From the human T2T-CHM13v2.0 reference genome, Homo sapiens: 64,000 bases of DNA. The stretch lies in assembly GCF_009914755.1 (NCBI RefSeq), contig NC_060942.1. One strand, given 5' to 3'. Positions 26,140 through 41,490 of this stretch are shown one piece after another. A program made the position numbers and the translations under genes. Each line of letters opens with the position of its first letter. The stretch's first letter is position 1. The notes beneath the pieces were generated by a model that had not been told where the DNA came from, did not search any database, and saw only the letters and a program-made list of their open reading frames with translations.

Positions 26140-26790
26140 GAAAAACTTTTCATTGAGTTATAGCACATTAGACAATGAAATTATTGTATGCACTCTTAGA
26201 CACTCATGCATTACATAGTTGCTGAACTAAGCTGATGGAATGCACCCATAGTTTTATGGGTAGTAGTAGTTCACTGTTTCTTACTATCTTAGAATATTGC
26301 GTTGTATACATTTACTATAATTTATTAATTCCTTCTAATAGTTATGATAGTTACAAACCATTTAGTTGTAGGCTATTTTGAATAATGCTGCTGTGAAGGA
26401 CTCTGTACATGTTTTTTAGTGCATGTATATAAGCATTTGGGAGGGCATATACCTAGTAGTGTAATTTCTGACTTATAGGAATATATATATATATATACAC
26501 AGTCCTGTAACTCTATACACATATATATGCATATATATACATACACATATATGTGTGTGTGTGTGTGTGTGTGTGTATCTTCAATTAGTAGAGTTTACAG
26601 GAGTAAACAATTTAGTACAGTTACAGGACTGTATCTATACCTATGTCTATATCTATATTCAATTCAGTTGACTTTGACAGCTGGTTTCCAAAGTAACTAT
26701 ATAAACTTGCAATCCCATCATCAGTGTACAGGCCATCCAAATTCTTCACATCCTTCCCAAATGCTTACTATTTTCCATTTTGTTTTCAAG
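26140..26790 (-). mobile_element. Old L1 (L1ME-like) with internal (TA)n/(TG)n microsatellites
   Basis: tgaataatgctgctgtgaa, atatacctagtagtgtaatttctg, tttccaaagt...cccatcatcagtgta, cacatccttcccaa. Confidence 0.75.
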
Positions 26791-27654
26791 TACTGTGTAT
26801 TACAAGCACAGTACTCCCTTGTGTTAGAAAGTAATATGTTCAGCTTTTTAATTCTCTTTTGGTTAAGAGGGCAGTAGATAAATGTTCTCTGGTATTCTTG
26901 TACACTTAGTTACATTTGTATAAAATTCTGACTGCCAAATGCTCAGACAACAAGTGACAAGGCAGAATTATTTAGAGCATTAAATCTTGAATACATTATT
27001 GAATTATGTATAATTTGAATTATAATAATATACATATTGAATTATATATTATTGAATTAGTTAATGTCCTGAAGGCTAGCAGATTGACAGTTGCATATTC
27101 GGCATGCTTTGCTTTTTGAATTTTATTTTTCATTGCAGATTTATTTCACAATACACAATAAATTTTGTAAACAAACCTCAAATTTATGAATAAAGAACCA
27201 TTTCAAAAATTAAAAAAGGTAAGTAATATATTTAGCTTTTTGATTCAGATGTTGACGGATGGATTCTTTGAAAAGTGAGGGTTCCATTAAGATTGTCCTG
27301 GAGACTCTGATTTGGCAACATTTGGTGGGACCCACAGATAAACAAGGACATTCATCAGGTCCTTTGTTCCCCAAATTCAAAAGTCCTGTCAATCTATTGC
27401 CAGGAATGTCTCTCAAGAACAATCTGACCTCTGACTAATCTCATTGAGTCCTAGTTGTTGAATTTATTTTGCTTTCTAAGAATATGTTGATTATACTTTT
27501 TGGTCCAAATGTGCACAGTCTGGTAAAGATGATTATTAACCTGTTTAGCCGTCTGCTGCTCTCTTGGTTCTCAAAGTAAGTTTGTCTATTTATATCATCT
27601 CATCTTACATGGTCTTGTTTTCTTCCTGAAACTCTTGTGTCTGTTGGCATGTAT

Positions 27655-28150
27655 AAACCGAAAAGACACATGATTTATGTGTTTATTATGTGCTATTCAT
27701 GATAGCAGAGACATGGAATCAACTCAGGTGCCCATCAGTGGAGGACTGACTGGATAAGGAAAATGTTTTGCGTATACACCTTGGAATACTATGCAGCCAT
27801 AAAAAAAGAATGAAATCATGTCCTTTACGGCAATGTGAATGGAGCTGGAGGCCATAATCCTAAATGAATTAACACAGGAACAGAAAACTAAATACTACGT
27901 GTTCTCACTTATAAGTGGGAGCTGAACATTGAGCACACATGGACATAAATATGGGAACAGTAGACACTGTGGACTACTAGAGGGTGGAGGGAGAAAACAG
28001 GGTTTGGTGAAAAACTCCCAATCAGGTACTATGTTCGCTATCTGGGTGATGGAATTCATACCCAAAACCTCAGCATCCTGGAATATTGCCATGTAACAAA
28101 ACAGCATATCTACTCCCATACCTAAAATAAAAGTTGAAATTTTTTAAAAA
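27655..28150 (+). mobile_element. L1PA15/16-like 3' end
   Basis: gttctcacttataagtgggagctgaacattgag, gacactgtggactactagaggg, cctcagcatc, aaaataaaagttgaaat. Confidence 0.9.
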
Positions 28151-28309
28151 ATACAACAACAAAAAAGTATTCTATGAGAAACAAATGACAGCATAGGCCC
28201 AATAAATCTCCTATCCAAGCGAACTCCAATAACTAATGGTTATGAGTCCATGTGAGGCAATCAAATTATGCATTGGTAATTGGTTAGATGTTGGGTTGGG
28301 TTCCTTTTG

Positions 28310-29600
28310 AAATCTATGTTTTTTTTTTCTTTTTTCTTTGTTGCCTTTACAATTTTCTCTTTACCATTAGTTTTCAACATTTTAAATATAATGCACTTTA
28401 ACACTACCCAGGTTTCCCTGAACTTATCTGTGGTTTTCTACTTTTTGTTATACTTAAAAATTACCACACATTATATCTTCACATATTTCCTTATCCATCT
28501 TCTTTCTCATCTCCTTCTAGAGTTTCAATTTATACCTATGTTTAATTATTTAATATTATTTTACAATTTGTGAATACTCTGCCTTTTTTCTTCTTTATTC
28601 TCTGTTTTCTGGCTTGGGTAATTTCTTTAAGGTTTATCTTCAAGTTTACTAATCCTTTCCTTAGCTGTGTCTAGTCTGATGTTATTAGGAACATCATTAG
28701 TTGTGTCCAGCAAATGTTTCAAAAACTTTCCTTATCTCTTTTACCACATGACTTTTTCACTTCTAGATTATCAGTGTCACTCATTTCATAATTTTAGTGC
28801 TACTGCTGAAATCTGTTAATGCATGTTGTCCAATTCTCCACTAAAGCTTTTAACATACTTTCATATTTATTTTAAATCTCTCTCTGTTTCCAAGACCTGA
28901 GTCATCACTCAGTCTAATTTATTGATTCTTGTCTCACTGCACGGTGGATGTTTTTGTTTGGTATGGATTTTCTTCTTCCCAGAGTAACACTGCATAGTTG
29001 ACCTGATTCAAGGCTGAGTGACAATTTGGGTAATTTTAGCCTAACTTCAAATTACCTCTCTATCAAAGGTGTACCCCAACAAAGTTTTCAAGTCAGAGCC
29101 TGTTGTGATCAATATTGTCTCCACCCCAGCAGAGTCTTGCACTCCCGTGTTTTCCTCCTTCCAGCAATGAGACTGATGAGTAGTTCTCTTTATATTTCAG
29201 GAGTTTTCAGCAAAGCTCTTTAGGCTGTCACCCCAGACTCAGGATTCAGTAAATGTCTAGAAAGGAAAATTGACCAGGTTTTTGAGGCCATTCTTGCAAA
29301 TGCCCTATGGGTTTCTCTTTCCTCCAGCAGCAGTTTTCTTCCTAAAAGATGACTGTAATGACAGTCTCTTACCCATGCCCAGAACTGTCAAATACGCCCA
29401 AGAACAAATCAACTGCAAAATGTTTGCTTAATCCATTGGGTTCTCTCTTCTCTGAATTTTTAGCTACTCTTGTTCTTGTTATTTGACCACTCTCTGATGC
29501 CTTTAATGAAATCATTTTTGCCTTTTACTTATCAAAGTTTTCAAGTTTTTGTCACCAAGAACATTGGTCTGGCATAAACTACCCAATCCTCTCTTGATAC
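28310..29600 (-). mobile_element. Old L1 5'/ORF1-region remnant
   Basis: T-rich reverse L1 phrases: tatcttcaagtttactaatcctttcc, gtgtctagtctgatgtt, tctgaattttttagc. Confidence 0.6.
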
Positions 29601-30334
29601 AGAAATCCATAATGCTATTTTGAAATAGGGTGACATTAATGGTCTCATTTATACGAGAAAATCGTACTAATCATAATATGATCCCCCAGATTTTGAAGCC
29701 TTAACAATGTTATATAGTTTACAATGTGGTTTACCTTCCTTGGAAGTTGTAATTTTTGTTAATGTTTTTGCCATAAAATTGTGCTTTTACAAGTACGAGT
29801 CAAAAATTTTTGGACCAGCTGCTTATTTGCATAGTATCTAGTTAGGATTTTGGTTTTTATTATCGCTGTTAGTATTTAAATTGTTTTAATTTATATAAGA
29901 TGCCATCTAAATGTTTTGTTCAGTTTATAGTTCTAGTGTTAAAATTTACACTTCAAAATTGGAACAGAAGTTGTATTAATAAATTACAACAAGATGGTGG
30001 AACAATCTTCATACTCTTTTCTGTTGTTTTATAAGAGAGAATTTAAAGAAGTATATTAGATATAACGTCAAAAATAGAAGACAGTATTAAAGTAAGACAT
30101 GCATCATGTTTATCAATGTATGCATTCTGTTAATTTTCTTATTTCCAACACTCTGTGCCTCCTGAAAGATCAGTGTAGAGCTACATGAATTTCGAATTAC
30201 ATACTATATAAATATGTACTATGGAAGAAAATTAAATAACTTGGTAAAATACCAGCCAACAAATGATAGACTCCAAAATACTTTTAATCATGCTGTACCA
30301 GCTTTCTAGGCATCTTCATAGTTGTGTTCCCTTC

Positions 30335-30445
30335 ACGTACTCAACAGAAATTTACTGAGCATCTACAGTATTCCAGAAGCCATTTTGTATCTAGGGATGC
30401 AAAGACAACTAGGACACACCTCCTGCCTTCATTGAGCCAGGAGGC
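30335..30445 (-). mobile_element. L2 3' end
   Basis: ctcaacagaaatttactgagcatctac...cctgccttcattgagc. Confidence 0.75.
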
Positions 30446-30844
30446 TATTAGAGAAATTTGAGCGTAATAAGATGTGAAGATGTGATAGTGCTCAAAAAAA
30501 ATTAAATAAAACAGGAGATAATTGGATTTTTTTCCAGAAATTATTTTTTGGGACTTGGAAATCAATCAACATTGCTGCAGAGGTGGAAACTGTTACATTA
30601 TAAAATGATTTAAACTGTTTAAAAGATTAAACATGATTACTCATTTTTTAGCATTAAAACAAATTACCTTTCAGAAAAATATTCTATTTTATTTTTATCA
30701 TACCAAACCCAGTCCCTTTACATTTAACTCATCAACACCTTGGCATGAGCTCTCACGGAGTGTACTTCATTAATCCCTCACCCTTTCAATTTGATCATTC
30801 TTCTTTCTCTTCCAGGAAGGAATTTTATACTTCATCGATCTGAA

Positions 30845-31065
30845 AAATAGCTACTTATCTTTTAATACTCAGTCTAAAGGTCATTTCCAGGATGATTTTA
30901 ACTCCATCCCACACAATGGACAATGCAACAGGATTGACTTCACTGTTTTAGCATATCTACCACTTTATTGCACTAAATTGTTTTCTGCTTTTTCCTCAGT
31001 GAGTGTGAAAACTCAATGAGAGAAGGGGAATATCTCCTTCATTTCTGTACTTCTCAGCACATAAA
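30845..31065 (+). mobile_element. L2 3' fragment
   Basis: ttaatactcagtctaaaggtcatttcc ... aactcaatgagagaagggga ... ctcagcacata. Confidence 0.55.
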
Positions 31066-31159
31066 AAGAGTATTTTTTAAAATAAAGTATTTTAGTCCTA
31101 GATGTATGTCCTAGAGTTTTCTACATTTCTCTAGGTTTATTATATCAATAATAAATTGT

Positions 31160-31620
31160 GTGTGACATAAGACCTGTATAGAAATGTTTACAGTGACATT
31201 GTTTATATGGCTGGAATGGAGCCACTGTAATTTATGGGGAGGGGAGCATAGATACATTTTGGTAGAATCATACAGCAGAATGCTGTGCATCACTGAGAAG
31301 GAATGTATTGAGGCTAAATGCATCAACAAGTATGACTATAACACCCATAACGCCAAAAGCAAGCTACAGAAAATAATCACCATGCAGTGCCATGTCTCTA
31401 AAGTACAAATTACAAAATTTTATATAGTTTTATGGGTTTCTACATAGTGAGTGAAAGCATAATATGTTTGGGAATGATGAATACCAGTGGCAGGGTTGTG
31501 GTTACTTCTGGATGTGTTGGGGCAGGTGAATGTCATCTAGGAGGACAAACCAAAGGCTTCAGCTGGCAGGGAGTGCTCAGGAATTCATTACTCTACTTTT
31601 TATAACTTTACAAATGTTTT
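31160..31620 (+). mobile_element. Old L1 3' region (L1ME-like)
   Basis: gacctgtatagaaatgtttacag, aaaagcaagctacagaaaata, cagggttgtggttacttctgg. Confidence 0.7.
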
Positions 31621-31633
31621 TCATGAATACCTA

Positions 31634-32480
<847 letters not shown>

Positions 32481-32486
32481 TTTCTA

Positions 32487-32701
32487 TTGTGTATGAGTTC
32501 TTAAGTGTTCATACACAATACGCAGGTTCCTTGGGATCTTCTATTTAGATAATCACAGCATCTGCAAATATGAACAGTATTATTTATTTTTTGTTGTTGT
32601 TGCCTGATCTGTAAGACTTTTATTTTCTTCTCTAGCCAGAATTTCCAATGTTTCCAACATTTTTGAATAAAAATAGTAAAAAATCCTTCAGTTTTCCCAA
32701 T
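32487..32701 (+). repeat. ~215-bp copy of adjacent L1 sequence (32859-33383 minus its Alu) inserted in a TA/TCTA microsatellite
   Basis: Shared ttgtgtatgagttct, aggttccttg, catctg-aaatatgaa, ttttattttcttctct, gccagaatttcca, tttccaacatttt, agttttcccaat. Confidence 0.9.
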
Positions 32702-32764
32702 AGATCGATCTATCATCCATCTATCTATCTATCTATCTATTATCTATCTATCATCTATCTAGCA

Positions 32765-35475
<2,711 letters not shown>

Positions 35476-35569
35476 TAATAGACATTCCAGAGAGAAGTGC
35501 AGGAACTGTTGCGAGTGGGAATTATTTAAAAACTAATTGCGATAATTTAATAGAATGAAGAAAGTGTAA

Positions 35570-35860
35570 GTTATCAGACTGAAAAGCCCATTAAATTTAC
35601 AGCAGAAAGAACAGAACTAAACATTCAGAGCATACAAAACAAATACAACGTCTGAAAGGCACCCTGAGAGAAAAAGCAACTGACCTACAAGGGAACGATA
35701 TTTAGCCTGGTGGACATTTCATCAGCAATGACCCAGGCAATAAGAGGATGAAATGCATATTTAAAATGCTGAAGAAACATAACTGTCAATCTAGAAATCA
35801 ATATCCAGCCACATTATAATTCAAGAGTGAGGGCAAGATAAGGACACTGAAAACACACAG
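35570..35860 (+). mobile_element. L1/HAL1 ORF1 C-terminal remnant
   Basis: acctacaagggaa, gacatttcatcagcaa, tctagaaatcaatatccagc, ttcaagagtgagggcaagataaggaca. Confidence 0.7.
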
Positions 35861-36064
35861 GTGAAGAAAGCTCTGTGTGTTCAGTTTAGTGCAACCAAAG
35901 TTTAAATTGTGCAAACAAAATTCTGATGGATGAAATTAGTGAAACGTGGATAGTTAAATAATACCTTAATCATTTAGATAAAATCTTCAAACTATCTTAT
36001 TTATGTACACCCTAAAATAATTTTGAAAAATATGTATCCCTTCACGTTTGTTTAAGGTGCCATC

Positions 36065-36337
36065 CATGTAACTGAAAGGCTGTGTCTTTGGACCAAAATC
36101 TCCCCAGCTTCCCTCCACAACTGCTCCAGCTCCTGCTAATTGCGGTTAATAACAACACCTTGTATTCTTAAAAAATGCTGGGAGAGTAGATGTTAGTGTT
36201 ATCACCAGAAAAATGATAGCTACGTGAGGTAATGCATATGTTAATTAGTTAGATTTAGTCATTCCATAATGTATATATACTTCAAAACATCGTGCTTTAT
36301 GTAATACATTCATATAATTTTATCTGTCAATTTTAGC
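36065..36337 (+). mobile_element. Short L1MA-like 3' end with an inverted 5' segment (about 36065-36140 on the minus strand), in a hAT-like host
   Basis: 36142-36332 is a forward L1MA 3' UTR; 36065-36140 reads as the reversed upstream 3' UTR; TSD-like aaggtgccatc / aacgttgccatc. Confidence 0.7.
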
Positions 36338-36528
36338 AACGTTGCCATCTAACTTTTTTGTCTTAAGTTTAAATCATTGCAATGATCACTATTACTAGGG
36401 CATGGTATATACATTTATCTTTTTAAAATAAAACCGTTACCGCACAATATTAAATGCATGTGATGGATCCTTAATACCATAAGGATTTAAAAACTTTCAA
36501 GATCTGGGAAAAATGTGTTTCACTCTAC

Positions 36529-36940
36529 TGTAAACCAAGTTAGCTTCTACTGTTCATGGATGCTGGCAGAAGACCTGGCACTCGGGGGTCAGGCAAAGGA
36601 TTTTATTCTTCACAGCAAGCAGACAGCATGACCTTCATGTTTGCACGAGGTATACCTCCTCCCAGGTCCCATGGAAATAATGTCAAGTTGGCTACCATAT
36701 GCGCACTTGGTCTGTGGCACAGCTAATGAGCCCCAAGTTTACGATTTTCCCTATCTTATAAATTGGCTGCTGGCATACCTGCCTAACCTTTGTCCTGGAG
36801 GGAGACATTATCTTTCCTGGTGAAAAGACAAATCTGCTTTCTGCATTGAAGGGAGACTCTCTCTTCCAGTGCTATTTGCTACAGAAACATCCTTGAAAAG
36901 ATAGCTTGGAACAAAGCTGTCAATGCTTCATCATAGACAC
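36529..36940 (-). mobile_element. Old ERVL-type solo LTR (MER74/MER73/LTR40-like)
   Basis: TG...CA ends; catggatgctggcagaagac...aaaggattttattcttcacagc (reverse AATAAA); repeated ggagggagac. Confidence 0.6.
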
Positions 36941-37862
36941 AGTATTTACGATATTATCCATGATCTGGTCCATGCCTGCCTGTCTTCTCAAGCCATAATG
37001 CAATGAACATGCAATATACACCGATAGAAATTCTGTGAACAAGCCAAGCTAATAATAATATCTAATATGTATTGAGCTTAGACTCTGACATAATACTTTT
37101 TATAGTTTATCTTAAATGTATTTCCTAACAACCCAGTCAAGCGTCATCTTCAAAACTACAGGAGGAAACAGAGTTGAAGATTTCAAACTGTCTCCCTAAA
37201 TGGCTTGAATATGGAATAATTTCTGCTTAGAATTTCACCCCAATTCCAACTCCTTCTCTGCCTTTGTATTGAGCTGATTCCCACTAGTATTTTCTGCTTC
37301 AGTGCATGTGTGCACCTTCAGTGCACCTGTCACCCAGTGCACGTGGGGACAATAGACTCTTTTCTAACCCTTCAGGCTAATTAGGTCTATCTCTAATGAG
37401 CATCTGTCAAACACTCTTAAACCACTTATCAAAACATTTATGTCTGTTTTGTCACTTGCCTATGTTCTTAACCTTAATCTCTTTGAAGGCCCAAATAAGT
37501 TTGGCTAATCTTTGCACCTTTGTGCCTTAAGCCGTGTGGTTATAGTAAGTGTTGCATAAAAGTTTGCTGATTGAAGGGGCACATATCACTTAATTTTTTA
37601 TGAATTTTAAATTTCCCAACAGGACAGAAGACTCTTGGTGTAGCCTTCTTTAAGGTAATATTAAACATAAGCACAGTGATTATATAATACAAAAAACTAT
37701 ATAAATCATCAGTATAACATAGTAAAATGAATGGCTTTCATTTAAACACATATTGGTGACATTTAATCTCAATTCTGAGGCTCTTTGAGTACAGAACCAA
37801 CATATATTTAGCTCTGAATATATTGTTATTTATATATAATCATTAATGTAACATGAGTTTTC

Positions 37863-37863
37863 T

Positions 37864-37894
<31 letters not shown>

Positions 37895-38172
37895 TGTTTT
37901 TTGAGAGAGGGTCTCACTCTGCCGCCCAGGCTGGAGTGCGGTGACGAGATGTCAGCTTACTGCAGCCTCCGCCTCCTGGTTCAAGTGATTCTCCTGCCTC
38001 AGCTTCCTGGGTAGCTGGGACCACAGGTGCCCGCCACCATGCCTGGCTAATTTTTGTATTTTTAGTAGAGACAGGGTTTCACTATGTTGGCGAGGCTGGT
38101 CTCTTAACTCCTGACCTCAAACGATCAGCCCGCCTTGGCCTCCCAAAGTGCTGGGATTACAGGCATAAGCCA
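37863..38172 (-). mobile_element. AluS/J-like SINE with a (TTA)n tail
   Basis: Reverse Alu; TSD agttttctt. Confidence 0.95.
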
Positions 38173-38845
38173 GTTTTCTTAATTGTTAAAGGAAATCCCT
38201 TTATTTTCCTGAAGCACTATATCCCCATTTTTTATCCTTTTATTAAAGTCCATTGAAATCAAATCAGAACTGTCAACCTCTGGGAATTAGGTTCAGGAAC
38301 TACACAATATTAAATGAAGGGGAAGAAACTCTATGAATTTGTTTTTGTTTCTTTTTTTTTTCACTTCCTATGCTACATACGCAAAGACCAATGGTTCTTT
38401 TTTAAGATATTATAAAACTATTCCCTTAGCTTTTATAACTTGTGTGGTGAGGAGTAGAACTGTACATGCAATTTTTACTAAGCCTGATTTAAATCAAGTT
38501 TTAGAAATTGGATGCAGCGCTCTTTCCAGGCAATGAAACATGCCTTTTGATGTTAAATTGGCAAGACTTTCATGAATCCATTAAAAATTTCTTTATCTCA
38601 GATGACACATGTTCTGATTTGGATTTTAATTCTTACATATGCAGGTAAGGAGCTACTTGACATAAAGGAAATGGAATTTTTACCATCCTAGAACACCTTC
38701 TCAGCAGATTCTTTTTTTCTTTTCTTTTAAGTACTTCTGTGTCACATAATGACATTGAACTTGGTTAGAAAGTGTCAATTAGCCCTAGTGATGAGTGTGT
38801 ATGTCTGTGTATGTGTGTGTTTGTATAATCAACATAATAGTGTCC

Positions 38846-39205
38846 AAGTACACAGATTGTAGAGTCAGAGGGCTTGTGCCCAAAACTGAGCCATACCGCA
38901 TGCTTAAGTACACAGATCTTAGAGTCAGAGTGCTTGTGCCCAAAACTGAGTCATACCACGTACTTAAGTACACAGATCTTAGAGTCAGAGTGCTTGTGCC
39001 CAAAACTAAGTCATACCACGTACTTAAGTACACAGATCTTAGAGTCAGAGTGCTTGTGGACAAAACTGAGTCATACCACGTACCTAAGTACACAGATCTT
39101 AGAGTCAGAGTGCTTGTGCCCAAAACTGAGTCATACCACGTACTTAAGTACACAGATCTTAGAGTCAGAGTGCTTGTGGACAAAACTGAGTCATACCATG
39201 TACCT
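38846..39205 (+). repeat. Minisatellite/VNTR, 6 x 60 bp, derived from a MIR
   Basis: Unit aagtacacagatcttagagtcagagtgcttgtg(cc/ga)caaaactgagtcataccacgtac(t/c)t; MIR-like sequence continues at 39206-39300; explains three periodic ORFs. Confidence 0.98.
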
Positions 39206-41269
39206 GCTTGTTGACCTCATGAAAATTACTTTAACTTGTTCTTTATGACTTTACGTTTTCTTTTCTAAAATGAGAAATAAAAGTAGTATTTTTCTTAAGC
39301 ATCTATGTGTATACTTACATACATGTATAGCCTAGAACCATACTAAATTACAACATAATGTGTCAGAAATACTAGTTATTATCGTTAAAATTTATAATGT
39401 CTATGTAGACATTATAAGACACTATAGACATTATAAGAAGGCAATATAAGAATAAAGAAGAAAAATATAAAGGAAGAAGAAGGCATGAGGGAAAAATGAA
39501 ATAATTATTTATTTTAGTTTCTCCACTAGCTTTGTTTTGGTATTGACACAGTGACTCATTTTCCATGTCATTTCCTGTAGTCTTTCTCAGTTTCAAAGTT
39601 GTATTCCACTACTGGAACTTTTCATGGAAATATTATTCTAAGCTGGCACCCCTCCCTTTTGTTTAAGCAGAATGTATAACCTGCACAGAAGAAAAGTCAG
39701 CTGAGAATGGTAAAGAGAAACTCAAATCGAATAATGTCGTAGGAGACCTAGTGAGAAGGACATCGCCATCCACTCCACTTGCACTTCTGACATCAGCCCT
39801 TCCATAGCCATCTCCCGCTTGTCTCGACAGACTCCCTAACGCTTTTCTTTTTCAACTGGGAAGTCCCTCGACATCTAACTCTCGTCCTATTTACATTAGT
39901 TAAATGATGCATTTCAAAATGCTCAGTTCGTACATTTAACTCTTCGAATAGCTGAGCCAAATGTTAATTTGATTCTCATGACAGCTGATCGGCTCTCATC
40001 TTTCCTTTTGCATTCAGGTTGCTCATGGCTCATTGTGGGGATCCCAATCTTATTAGTTCAATTTCTCATCTTGCAATCACTGCTAAAGTGACTCCAAATC
40101 CTAACAATTTTCCTCTTTAGTACTAGGTACCATTAACAGAAGCACTCGATTGGCTCTTCCCCAGGAACTGAGGGCAGGATATGCTGTATAGCGTATTCTA
40201 TATGGCTTATATTTTGGGCTTCCATGAAACAAAGTCACCACTCAAAAGAACTTTAAATTAGCATACTCAGGAAATCAAGAGCTCCCAATGTAATTAGCAT
40301 ACAGCTGCTAATTATCAAGTGAAATGCTGCATTGAGGAGGGAAGGGAGTTTACTGTTGATTTGGGTGTTAACATGAACAGATAATTTCAAACCACTTTAC
40401 TTTAGCATTGTCATTATTGAACATACGTTTCTAATTCCACAGGATGCAAAATTTCATTTGAAAGATATACAAGGCAACTATTTCTTAAAATGTACCTTAA
40501 TATTGTTCAATGAGTTCATTCGAATTTTGGATTGTGTTATATACCCTTGTAGACAGCAATAAGTATAGAGTTTTGTCTCATAAAAATTAACCATAACAAT
40601 ATTGTTAAGATGCTTTGTAAGTTACAAAATGCTTTATTATGCGTAGCACATATACATAAATATTCTCAATAAGGTCTTTGCAATATAACCAGCTTTTCCA
40701 GATATGCGAACTAAGAGTTGCATCTATTTTATTTTTTCCAATTTATTACTTTAACGTGTATCACCTTTATTTTTGGAGCTGGATCATTTCACTTCTCAGT
40801 GCTCCCGCGTGGCTCTTCCAAATGCACCCATTGTCCAACAATTCCTGCAGTTTATTCTGTTAAAGGGGAAATAGACCTATTTCCAAAGGATGTTTTTAGA
40901 GAAAAGTTAAAAGTTTGATCAGTTGAGGGCTGCCTTTGCTCTATTCTGCCCCTCCATTTGCTATTGACAAGCAGTCTTCCATAGTGAGACAGACAATTTT
41001 GCACTCTGCAGCTATGCTTTTGATTGGGCATATTCTAGTGCAGAATTCAGAGGCGCCCCACCCTTGATCCCTAGCTTTCCGTTGTGCTTGTTCACATTCA
41101 CAAGTCAGCCCCTGTTCACAAAAGCTTGGATCTCTAGGCGCTGTGGATAGCATGTGAAAAATCTGGAAAGAAAAATAATTATCCATTTTAGGCATGTCTG
41201 AATTATAAAGTTTAAGAAAGTATGTAGCAATAGATGAGTCTAAAAGAGTTATGCAGTTGTCACGTCAGG

Positions 41270-41490
41270 AAGTATCTTTTAAAGCCATACATAAAACTTT
41301 ATACACTATTCCGTGAGAAATGGGGAAATTTGAAATGTTTTAAATAGTGCATCAACACTTTCAATTTTGGTTAATAAAGTGAACAAAAACTGCTGGGTGG
41401 AAAAAAGATTGAAAAGAGACTAAAGTATAATTTCCAGACAGGAAACTATTGCAGTAATTCATGTGAGAGATAATGATGGAGAAAGGGATA
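41270..41490 (-). mobile_element. L2 remnant
   Basis: aaagccatacataaaactt, gagaaatggggaaatttgaaatgttttaa, ggaaactattgcagtaattcatgtgagagataatg. Confidence 0.7.

Noticed and set aside
38785-39248. Three long periodic ORFs (132, 139 and 124 aa) with 20-aa repeats, and a superficial CRISPR-like periodicity
   Set aside because: These follow from a 60-bp unit lacking stops in three frames. There are no unique spacers or cas genes, the DNA is primate, and the unit is MIR-derived.
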